This document shows, piece by piece, positions 1-12,100 of a DNA stretch of 64,000 nt. Positions within the stretch are counted from its first letter, which is position 1. Each line of letters starts with the position of its first letter. Source of the stretch: Acanthaster planci (lineage: Eukaryota). The notes beneath the pieces were generated by a model that was not told the origin of the DNA, did not search any database, and worked only from the letters and a program-made list of their open reading frames with translations. Both the position numbers and the translations under genes were made by a program. The DNA lies in assembly GCF_001949145.1 (NCBI RefSeq), contig NW_019091359.1, positions 1,624,540 to 1,688,539 on the forward strand. Direction: 5' to 3'.

Positions 1-721
1 CTGGTCAATGCTGCCCGGAAACTTCGCGCACAAATTAAAGTTTGAATATCAGACAAAACTGGCTCTGATCCAACCTGGCGTATTGAAAAGTGAAAACTCA
101 TTACAGTAGGAGCATACTTAACTACAACTTGGAACTAAAAACTAAATTCAAATTTAGTATAAATCGTACATATTATGGGCATAGCATTTGACAGCAGTTT
201 ATTTCACCATCTTATTTTTTAGATTCGAATATTGTTGACGGTTGTGATGTTTGGTGCATTTACTTCTTTTGAGGGAAACATGCATGTCACTGCAATGTCC
301 TCCAATGTGGCAGTCGACAGTTTGGTGCAATGGTGAGAGTATCACCTATAAACCCCACAGCATACACTTCGCCATAACCTTTCCTGCCAGGCAAGAGTTA
401 CGTAAACAGTTATCTGGAAGGGTGGTGTCTTTGCCATACAGGCAAATGCTCTGCTGAACAAGGTTCGAGCATGACTAGCTGATTTGCCAGTTCCAAAGCT
501 TCTGATGTCCCACCTCGTCTCTATGGACTACGCTTAACCATGTGGACGAGGCTTCCCGCGGCGTGGTGCAATAGCTTTGCAGTAGCAGACTGGATATGCA
601 CAGCTACTGGTGAATGATGTAGCCTGTAAGAGAGTTGCTCTAACTGACATGTGATCATCCTCGACCAGTGAAATTATTAAAACCCATTTTACACGAGTGT
701 GTTCGACTATCATATCATTAC

Positions 722-3656
722 CTCTACAACCAAGGATTTCAAATTTGAGTCGGTAGGTCGGTGCACTCCAAGCAGTCGGCAAAATGCGAATGTATCTAGT
801 CATCAGCACCTCCGGAAACGTGACCGTCACTTGCTGTCCATCCCCCGCATTACCATTCAACTGAAAAAGAGCATTTTTTCGTAAATAGGGTTGTTTCCTT
901 CCTTTCAGCAACAATCCAATGGCTGCAATGCCCATATAACACCTTCACGGTGGAAAAATGACCGAGTTATTCTGAGGAAATAGCTGTTTCCCTAACTAGA
1001 CAAGTTTTCGAGGCATGTCAGGCTTTAAAACGTGCTTTCCATCTCTTGGGTTTCCCGCCCAGAACTTGAGAAGCCAAAACAGGCAACTACGGCCAAATCC
1101 ATCGAGTGTGCCTTTTAGTCAAGTTATATAGCCCACTTCCCAATTCTCTCCCTACAAATCAGACCTTGGTATAAACTCAAAATGGCCTTTGAACCTCATT
1201 GTCAAGCACACAGTGGCTGGTTCCGAATCCCTGCAAACATTACCTGCAGAGTGTGCCCCTCTGCGTCGATCAGCCCCAGCCAGTCCTCTGACTCGCCAGT
1301 GTTGCTGTATTGTACGGTGAAGGTGGACACGTAGTGCCGCCCCCCGGAGTGGCCCTGGACTATCAGTCCAGTGACGGCCGTAAGGTCGCCAAGGTCCACC
1401 TGAAACCATTGGTTCTGGTGAGGGCGTGGCACCCACCCGTCGGTACCTGCCAGGAGAAAGAGTGTCTTTTTCGAGGGAACATCTTGGTATGCGTAATCGT
1501 ATCAGGGAACGCCAAGTGTCTATTTGACCTTGAACAGAGAGAATACTCTGAACGGTCTTACTCCACAGCTAAGAAGTACTATTTGTACCGCAAAACGAGG
1601 GATTTCTCCATCAACAAAAGTCAGAACCTGTAACCCTCTAAAAGTAGATATTTGTTTGGCAGGCAGGATCTCCGTTGTGAGAGATGTCGGTGACAAATAA
1701 CTGCGTTCCAGTGTGAAGTAATACTTTTCATACGTCACACAAACCAACACAGAAAGTGTTCTTACCAACTCCCCCCAAAAAGACTGAACGAATTAAAGTC
1801 ACCATTTTTGCATGAAGATACATAAAAATTGACTTCCTTCAACCGTTGGTGGTTTGTCATTTTGCTGTTTGTGAGTGCGTTTCCCCTCAAAAAGTGGTTT
1901 CCCCTGTCCAGCAACGCTTATGTCGGTGCTAGACAGTGACGAGACTGAAGCAACTACTGATGACATACCAGAATGACTGACTCACCGACATTTAGCCTGG
2001 CTTTAGGCGGGAGATAGGAGGAGCTGTAACTGGAAGAAGCCGATAAGCTGCTATCGGGGATAGCTCCACTTTGCATCCCTAGCGGCCCACTGGTACACGG
2101 TGCCTCTACAAAAGGAATCATCACCAGCAACAGCTTTGTTATGCTATTAACACGCCAATCTTTCAGCACCCTTTGGAAACTAATGGACACAGGGGCATTA
2201 GGGTTGCACACGGAGCTGGATTACACAACAGGTATATGGTAGGCTCTCTGCTATGATACTACGAAATATAAATACCCATGCCACACGGGCTCGGTACGGT
2301 ACACAGCAAGGACTTTCCTTGATTATCCTTCTGATGGCTTGCTCCCCGCTTAATATTCGATTTATCCATAGTTTTTCACCATGGACAGGTTGTCAACCAA
2401 AGATCTATTCTGTTTCAGAGTGATTCATTTGCATCACTCGATTCATTTGTCTGCATCCTCGATGTACAAGCGTAAAGACGCACACGGAAACGAGGCTCCG
2501 GAGCAAATCAAAGAAATCGGTAACATTGAAGTTGAAACACTTGGTGACTTTTATACTTTTTGGCATATATTTTGTCAGCACTGTATTGTTGGCTGGTTGC
2601 ACCTATCAAGACATGTGCCAAATCCATTTATCTCAGAAGTAAAAAGAAAAATCCTGCGAAGAAAAGTTACAGTGTCACCTGTTAAGAACGGAGTCCTGGA
2701 ACCGCCATCTGCTTCACCACCGATGGGATGACTCGATGACAATTCTGTTGTTGAGACAGGAGAAATGACAGACATCTAGACCTTCAAACGAATCGAAGTT
2801 TTGTAGGATTTGTTCTAACGTTTTATATGTCAGTAGCCAGTCTGAAAGTCCTTTGCTCAAAATGGATCATTACAAGGTTTCAAAATGAGTATTGACCCAA
2901 TCATTACATACTACAAGGGGCTTGAACCTCAGATAAATCTCAAACCAGCCGTTCTGTTACTAATTTAGAGACATTTAATAGAGGCTTTGCATAGTAGTCA
3001 TCTTACAGGACATTTTTTTTCCAAAATGGTATTCTCAAAAGAAGTTTCCCTATGGAACAAAGGAACCGCCCCGCAAGACGGCTACCACGCAAGGACTCTA
3101 TCTACACGAAGAGGTGTTTGGCACTTAAGCCATTTGTGACTAATCCGAGGAAGATGACTCACAGGAGACAGGCCTTAAGGAGAGCATTGCGACATGTAAA
3201 TCAATGGGAACACTGTCCATCTTCATCACGGTGCCAATGAGTGATACATCAAAACAAAAAACTCAATTTGCTCTTTCTCGTGCAGACTAAAACAGAATTA
3301 CTAAAACCTAAGACGTTAAATTCAGTCTCTGGAATCCAGTCACGTTTTTTGTTTTGACTATGCATCTGCATCCATTTATTATTACCCTATCATCAACCGA
3401 GCTTACACCACTAGTGGTTAAAAAGTGCATGGCCCCCCATATGGGGCACCATTACCAGTGGGAAAGCTTAGGAGTGTTGTTAGATTTTTTCTTACTTTAT
3501 TATATTAAACAGACACCCACGAGTACAGTATCTGATAACCGCCACTAAGACTTAGGGAAAACATTCAGCAATACAAGACAGGAAAAGTCGTGACATACCA
3601 AGCAGGCAGACAATAAACGACGCTGCGACCACCGCTATGCCCCATGCCGATGCCAT
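722..3656 (-). CDS. Secreted F5/8 type C (discoidin) domain protein, paralogue B; 3' part runs off the window
   Basis: Exons with GT-AG ends and consistent phases: 3656-3599 (signal-peptide-like MASAWGIAVVAASFIVCLL), 2744-2679 (linker), 2105-1986 ([22 protein letters not shown]...ARLN), 1446-1244 (WVP...QWFQVDLG...VTGLIVQG), 860-722 ([11 protein letters not shown]...LKFEILGC). The last exon ends in a phase-1 donor, so more exons should lie beyond position 1. Confidence 0.85.
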
Positions 3657-3689
3657 TTTTGCTGCCTTCCACTAGTAGTTCACTAATGT

Positions 3690-3925
3690 GGTGAAGTGAA
3701 GAGGGGTTGGTCTTCTTATAAAGCTTACCACGGCCCTTGGTTTCGCAAGATAACAAAGTTCATCTGCCACCGGTATTTCCCCGTCGAAATTACCTCTTAA
3801 AGTGCGATTGACAACAAAGGATATCGGAAGCAATTAAAAAGAGAAAACTGGGCAATGCTTTCTAGAGGACACACATATTTCCGGTATTGTTGCTTCAAAC
3901 TGGTCCACATAAGGTCATTCTGTAG
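3690..3925 (-). promoter_or_regulatory. Putative proximal promoter of paralogue B (TATA-like TTTATAAG at about 3715-3722)
   Basis: TATA-like motif about 60 nt upstream of the ATG. Non-coding blocks here align with 16038-16235 upstream of paralogue A. Confidence 0.45.
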
Positions 3926-6900
3926 CGTTGATACAATGAAGTGTAGCAATAAACTATGTCGGCCATGAGGATATGATGCAAACTTCTCTCAGTTCTGAGT
4001 TGAAAATTCAAAAGTGGTAAGCACAGTTTGTAGGTCGTACATATGAAGATACAGGTTGAACCCACGTGAGACGGTGAAGAGGTAACTAAGAATATCCAGT
4101 GTCACCCCTATTTTTGTTTAAAAAACTGCATCATCCTGCTCCGCAGCCTTTGTTTGATACAGTGCCTATTTAAATTGCATGGTGTTTGCGTAAATGCCAT
4201 GGTTGTGTAAAGATGCTCACTTTGGATCCTACCAACTCTGCTGCACAGGTATTGGTACAAAGGGTCTGGGGAGTTGTTTTGCCCACAGAGAAAAAAATTG
4301 ATGCAGGCGTGTCATACATAGTGTGGACCTCTGCACAAAAGAAGTCCACATAATGCAGGGTACGATGGCGGTGCGTGGACTTGTGCGTCCGCACAATGTT
4401 TTCCCCTCTCTGAAAAACAGTTTCAGAGGAATTGTGGAGTCAAGGTTATCTGTAACAAAATGGAGACGAACAGTCCAGGAAATCATCATAAAAAATCCAG
4501 CTCCAAGGAGTTATCCTAGTGGGAGAAAAAGGAGCATTTACTTTCACCAGAAGAACAAAGAATAACCACACTTCGTATGTAAAACGAGTATGTGTCAGTG
4601 ATTGGATGTTTGCGGGTTCTTGATTGGAAGAGTGGGGGAATCGAATCAGACCAGATTTGATCAAGCACAGGCCAAAACTCTTCCCAGGATTGTGTATTAT
4701 TAAATTGTGTGTGCGTGTGTTCATACGAACTGTTAGCCACCAGGCATAGTACATCTATAGCAGGAAGTCCGACGATTTTCGGTTGTGTGTGAAAAGGCCC
4801 TATCTGAGGCAGAGAAACTTGGGCGGGTTTTGTCAAAGGCCCAGTGAGCAGCTTTACGCTCTTGAAACACCAAGGAGATAGGCGGTTCCTCTTTAGAGCC
4901 ACCCAACCTTAAGTTATTTTATTTAATTATTCACGCAAGAGATCAATATTTGCTTGAGTTAAAAAGAGTGGCTCTGATTTCAAATAAACAGAGACAACTT
5001 ATATTTGAAGACGCTGATGTTTGCAGATTGAATTAATGCTTGAAGGCTGAACTTAAGCTTGAAGAATAGCCTAAAGTTGGCATGAATTAGTAAACTTTTA
5101 TCGTTTGAATCAACAAGAAGAGTATGGATAGAACAACTGACATTCTGGATATTATTTGTAAAACAGGGGAATTTGATCATTCGATTCTTGTTATTGATGG
5201 CAAAGATATCTAGTGTAGGAAACTTAAATATTTTATAAACAGATGGCTGTCCGGTGAAGGAAACGAAGCCAGAAATACACCAAGCTGACATCTAGGGGAA
5301 TTGGATAGGGGTACCAGAACTGCGCGGCTGAAGGACAACGAACAGTAACAGATCTGGTATTACCAAATGACGGAGGCTCCAAGAATTAACGATAGAGTGC
5401 GGGCACTGAAAATAAAGGTGAACCCACACATGCGAGTGGGAAATATTTTAAAGAGAATATTCCTGAATCTGAGGTAGTTAAATAACCAGCAAAGAGACAC
5501 GCAGGAAAAGGAAAAGGTATCCTCCAAAAGTGGACCTGCCCATGAAATGTATAATTAAAACCCTCGGAACCAAGTAAAAGTAGTTGATTGCAACACCACA
5601 TGTTGACAGCGTGGAATGCATGACGCAAACCCTCAAGGATTCCGGAATTGTTAACATCCGATGATTTTGTAGTACCCTAAAACCAGGGCTAAAACGGTCA
5701 CACAACGCCGCACCAGCGTTGTCGTATGCAAGGTCCATGTATTGTTGGAAATCTCACGTCTGTGAATGCCAGTGGTTTAATTCCAGATTAGCGCGCGAAG
5801 CGGGAATCTTGCTGTGGAGATAGAACACAGTCCATACAGTAAAAACATTTTAGCGCAGTTCTGTGGAATGCGCACTCTTGTCACATTCAATTATTTTCTA
5901 ATTGGCCGTTTGGGGGGTCATTTTATTGTCTTTTGTCTTCTTTTAATTGGCCAACAAAGTTATAAACACAACATTGCCGCATACACGATAGCTTATTGTT
6001 ATATGTTGCTCGCCCGAAATTTAATTTGCTCGCCTAAAATGAAACAGCGGGGAAATTCTCGGTATTCATAAAGACAGCAGTGTACATGTTTTGTATGGGC
6101 TAGTGTAAACGACTCCACGGAGAGTTAAGCATTACCGCTGTCAATCCCAATAAATACTCTTTGTAGTTAGGCATAACAGCCTTCACCGGTCCTTTGCAGG
6201 GGCTGAATGCAGTCTTTTGACCCACATCCAGACGAAGTGCAAATCTGTTTGTCCTGTTAAGACACTTCACCAAGAGTTTCTGCATTCAAAACGAGTTTAC
6301 AGTCTCACGAACACTTGCAGTTCCACGACTTTATTATACACTGGGATGAGCGTATCTATATTTTCACCAGCAATCAAACTACAAACATCTTTGTGTTTCC
6401 CCAAAGATCAGAAAAGAACGTTTATTTCACAAAAAAGTGAACCTGCTACTTTTCTTTCCCTTCCAGTCATTGTGGAAATTTTACAAAGCCGCTTAGTATG
6501 GAAACAAGAAGTGCTACAAGCCTCGTTAAACCTCATAGAATTACTTAAAATCAACTAGCAAAATATATATTTATAGAAAATTTGCTTACATCAAATTTAT
6601 AAAATGTGTATTCATAACTACACCTGTGAATAAAAACATGAACGGGACTTGCGGACTTGAACATTCCTAAGTAAAACGCCTGAACCGAAAAAGCTCATTT
6701 TACTTCAAATATTAAGTTTGCCGACAGCCGTTTGAACAAATCAGATCAAATGGACAATAACAGGCTTTACTAATGATTTCTATCACGGATTAATTCGTGC
6801 ACACTCCGAGCGAGGTTAGACCAGTCTTTCAGCATATTTATAAGCACACACATTCTTGTGTGAATCTTTATCAGCAATAATCAGATTTCCATGTAAGGTG

Positions 6901-7806
6901 ACTATCATTGGACATCATAACATGCGCTGCATCAAAGTAATGTGTTGACTGTAAATAGGAAGATATGTTAAATGTTGTGTAATAATCTTGAAATCCTTCA
7001 AAAGTATATACTAAGAATAGGCTTAAAAATTCATGCGAATCTTTGCATTAAATTTCATCGTAACATAATTATAATGAAATATAATGAAATGAATCCCGTA
7101 ATCCGTAATGTTCTTGATGTCCTACTTTCACAAGTCAAAACTAGTCTAGCGATAACTAAAAGCCGATTCTTGTTATAATAGTATGGTTGGTGTGAAGAAT
7201 TTGGAAGACTCAGAGTAATTATCCAAAGTGGAAAATCTAAAACAAAATTTAATATGACTAAAAGATTTGGTGGCTAAATTGGCCCAAATAATTCCACTGC
7301 GACTGTATGTGGTCCCAAGCAGAACAACAATCTTGAGAATGAAGTTCAAAGTATCAAGCTTCAGCTGGAGCACTTTTTGCACACGAAGACCCGGATGTGA
7401 ATGACACTTCAATTTCACCATACCTTTTCCAACCTGATTCACTTTCCCATGCAAGTGCGTTCCGCTAGTGACTTAACAACATTAACACCAGACATAAAAC
7501 AAGGTCGTGACAGCTCATCACTTTTACGCTACATGATTGGATAGAATGTGACTATACATGACAGCACTGACTTCAGCAGAACTCTTGATTTCTTCCTCTC
7601 GGTTCCACTCCTGTTTGCCACGATCACGGTCATCAGAGATTACCCTTCAACAGTAAAACAATAAACAAATGTTCTAAATGAAACAGAGCGCACGAAGACA
7701 ATGGTAGGCGTGTTTTCTTTCGTGACGTTATTGAACAATAATGCAGACTAACAGGATACGACTCCATTCACCACAAGGTGGATTTTTTCATTACGTTACT
7801 CAAAGA

Positions 7807-8267
7807 GCACAGACACATAAACACATAGACGGGTACCTCCTATTCAAAGCAACGGCGGGGTACCGGAGCCGAGACGGCTACCGACTAAATCCAAAAGCGT
7901 GGGCAAATTCACCACTCGGCATAGGGAATTTACGCACAGATAAATAATGCAAGCCAAACAATATTCTATGAAACCATTTTTCGATTGTGAACAAATCCTC
8001 TGTTTAGTTAATCTACCCATGCAGAATCTAAAACGTGCGGTCTGTTACAACATTTGAACAGAAGAGATATCAGCACAAAATAATAAAAAAGGAGTGTCTT
8101 TTTAGAGCCTATGTAAACAAATACAGGCATTCCTAATGTGTCACGCGCAAGTCACACTCACGTAGTGCCATTTATCGTTTCGCCCATTGCTTGCCCGCGC
8201 CCACGCTTTTTAAAAATCACGGTTATACGAGCAAGAGATGGTGGTCTATGTTTTTATGTGTTTGTGC
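7807..8267. mobile_element. Non-autonomous DNA transposon (MITE-like)
   Basis: Imperfect terminal inverted repeats of about 24 bp: gcacagacacataaacacatagac ... gtctatgtttttatgtgtttgtgc. No coding capacity. Confidence 0.55.
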
Positions 8268-9159
8268 CTAAGGCCTGGGTAACAGAGAGAGAGTAACGCC
8301 AACTTCAGACTTTGGAACTATATAAACAGCTCTGTGTTAACCCAAAGCTGAGCACATTTATAGAGAAGGCTGTGTCATGAGTGTTTCAATCCGCCTTCAG
8401 CAGGAGCACCCCCTCATCGGTTGATAAAAGCCATGTCGGTCGGGAGTGCTCATAGTGTTCGAAGCGGATGTGACTGCAGCACTTGTGTTTCATAGTCGTG
8501 CAGTTACTACCAAAGGAGCCTCCGTTGCTAGGAAATTTGCGCCCTCTCTTGTTCCAGCGCAGAACCCATTGTAGGAACCAAAATATTATGAGCCATTCGC
8601 AAGTTCATATATGATGGATGCAGGCTGTACTGTGTACATAGTGAACGGTCATTTGGGTTCTTAATCTCAAAGGTATCGCTACTCTCAATAGACCTCTATC
8701 ATTGGGCGTTCATTTTGCTTTTTTACTGCATTCAAAGCAATGCAACGAAACTGGGCCGTTTTCCAATACTCGACTTGGGCTCCGTTTGAGGCTTCAACTG
8801 ATTTTTTTTTACTTCCTGACTTTGAGGTTATAAGCGCAATAGTAAGTCTGATAGTGCCACAAAACATCAAGTAAGATTCAAAAAAACCAAACATGACTGT
8901 ATTTCACTTTAAGTTGAACGCTTCAGGCCATCAATCGAGGATTGGTTCCCTACACGAAGCCGGAGACGGAGACGAAGTTGAGTATTGGAAAATGGCCCTG
9001 AAGCTGAAAGACAAATAGTCTGTTCCCTTTTATGAATATGAGAAGTTTTATTAGGCAGTGGATCTCCTGGGAACAAGACAAACATGGCATCATTATAATC
9101 ATACACGGCTCTGCAGACAGGATAAGACCATTCGCACTATAGGTGGCGCCTTTCATGCG

Positions 9160-12100
9160 TTACACCACAAATCCTTCCCCGAATGATAACTTTCTTCTCA
9201 GCGCTGAAATGTGAAAAAGGGTTAATCTTTAATTAAACTGGAAAGAATACGTTCATTTGATTTCAATACTTGAGGTTCACTTTACTTTAAGTAAAAGAAG
9301 CGATGGTAAGCATACCCAAAATGCTTCTAAAAGTTCAACTGTGGAACGCTAATATTGTCATGCTCTAATTGGTAGTAATTTGGGACTTTTGATTAACCAT
9401 TGTGCATTAATTTAAAAAAGGACGAAAAAACCAAAAGCACGTCTTCACCCGCTTACCAAGTCTTGCTACGTGATTAAGAACATCAAAAAAGAGAAATCTT
9501 GAGGAAGGCAGCACTTTTACTCCATAGAAGCCAGAGCTACGTATTGAGAGAGTTGCGACATAAGCGTCTCAATTGTTGGAACTAGAATGGTGGATGAAAC
9601 GTCAGCAACATCCATTTCAGTTATGAAATGTGAAGTCGGTGCTAATACAGCTCTGATCACTAGATCTTACCCTCGTTGCAGACCACGCCTGCGTCTTGGG
9701 TGTGATTGCATTGAGTCTTCTCCCAACAAAAGGACGGGCAGTCAGTGATCTTGCTCTCCGAGCCGGAGCAGGCCAGACCGTCCATGAGCACCGGGCCCTG
9801 GCTTGACCAAAGCGGGCGCCTGTCGCAGCCTCAACAGCGTTGGGGAAGCCCAGCTGGCGGCAGAGCACCGAAGCGTCTGTCAAGTCCCAGTCATTGTCGC
9901 AGATCGTCCCCCAGCGGCCGTTCTGGAGAATCTCCACACGACCACTGGCGCGATTCGGACCATTGACCAACCGGACAGAATCTGCCGATTAAGTTTCAGG
10001 TGAACATCTATTGTAATTTCCCCTGTATTCCATTTTGTCTTTAGGCGACTCGTCACAAATTCCATTGAACATAATTTCCCCCTAAACCACATATAAATGT
10101 ACACCCAACTACATGTACCAGCCGCTGTCAATACGAAACCGTGCACGATATGGGGCCGATGGGTACCCCCCACATGTCCAATCCCTGTACCCACTCTAGA
10201 CTATTGTTACCTAACACATCCCCTAGAACTCTGAAAAGAAGTCCTCTGATTCCGATGAAACAATGACTAACACAAAGGCGGGGGGGTTCTCTCCGCCCCA
10301 TATGTCGCGTCATATGGCCAATACAAGACGCATCTAATAGGGTAAAATGCCACAGGTTGCAGCTTTCGGTAATAGACACCTGAAGTACGTAACAGCTTCA
10401 GCCTCATTGCGTGAGGTCATTTGCACAAAAGAAGGGAAAGGGGGTGTGGTCGAACTGGCATGCATAATGGTGTGAGGAAAACAAAAATGTAGGTGTCTCT
10501 GGTTCACATCCCAGAGGGGCACTGTTTTCTGTTTTAAGTTCTCTGACTGTTTAGTGTGCAAAAGATCAAATTTGAAAGGTTACTTAATTTACTACTACAT
10601 TTTACAGGGTTTTTTTTATTCTTCCCCAAATCGCCTACTCCAACAAGCCACCATAGAGGTAGCCTATCTCCATGAGGCCACCGACTAAAGCCAAGTAAGT
10701 GGCACGATAATTCATTACTTCTACTTTTTAGATACTGGTATTTTGCTTTAAAAGTCTCGTTTGTTAACGATTTTAGATAGTCGAATTGGGTATACGGTCT
10801 GCTCTTTTGACTGCACAAATGCGCACGTTTTTCTACAAGTGGCTTCTACAATTATAGCTGGTCGGTGAAAAAGAGTTTAAAAAGTAAAATGCCACAGAAA
10901 TATCAGAACACCACAAGATAACACACGCACTAACAAACACTAAATGAAAACACAACCCTATTTAAAATCATTGAGTCAAATATCCAATTTGAACAAAATA
11001 AACCTACCAAAAAGTGATATTTGTACAAACCGTCATCAACACCAAGGAGTAGTTCTCAAGTAGAGATGTGCGCGCCGCTTCAGCGCGTATTTCACAGAAA
11101 TGTGTTATTTTCATTTTCACGAAGTAGCACTCGGCACGTGCTCCATGAGTTGTCGTTTTCAGGAATTGACTTTTTCCTTAATTTAAACAATTAAAACAAG
11201 TTTTAAAGAGCATCTTCCACGGGTGAATCAAATCATTTTAAACCTTTCAAAGTGTTTTTATACATGCTATATTGACAAAACACACATGAGTGCTACTTCG
11301 TGAAACGAAAATCATTCGATTATGCATCAGTGTACCATGTGCGCGCACACTTGAGTGCTACTTCGTGAAACCGAAATTGTTGTAAACATGGTTTTCACGA
11401 AGTAGCAGGCAAGTACAATTGAATGCTACTTTGTGGTGTTGGATAACTTTGGCCGCCCATATAAGTTGTGGGGAAAATGAGAGTGGTCTATATGAAACCA
11501 TGGAAGAGAGGAAGTACACGTATTTTATACGTTGTCTTTAAAAGGGACTGGAAACTCGCAAACCTCCTTTAAAATGATGTGATTTGTTTTTCTTACTCCA
11601 TTTGCATATGACTCCGGCTTCCCTGGAATTGTTGCACTGGCGAGGGATGTTACAGACGAATGGACAGTCAGCCAGGCGCTTCTCGTTCCCCTTGCAAGAC
11701 ACCCGGCTCATCACGATGGGTAGCTCGCTCTCGCCGAAGAACGATCCCTGTTTGGCCTCCAGGGCCTCTGGGAAGCCAAGCTGGCGGCAAACCATGGTTG
11801 CGCTCAAAAAGTCCCAGTCCTCGTCGCACACTGCCCCCCAGGCGCCGTTGTGGTAGATTTCAACCCGGCCGCTGAGGGCGCCGTCGCCGCCCACCAGCCG
11901 CACTACCCCATCTGAAGAAAGAGCAATGGTAGACATTGATCAGGGTTCATTCCCCAGCCACTAGTCTAGGTTTGCCTTGGACTGGTCCCCTTCTCTATTA
12001 TAAGGACCAGTAACTACAATCCTGGACAAAATTGTCGGGACACTTGGCAATAGCCGTGTACGCTCTCCAGCCCCCACCCCACTTCTCCCGATCAATGTTG

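Noticed and set aside
7173..8640. Further 3' exons (e.g. transmembrane or other domains) of discoidin-SRCR paralogue A
   Set aside because: I found no recognisable domain or phase-compatible exon, so the gene's 3' end remains uncertain.
11037..11441. CRISPR-like repeat array
   Set aside because: The motifs occur in both orientations with irregular spacing inside a TIR element in eukaryotic intron DNA, and there are no cas genes.
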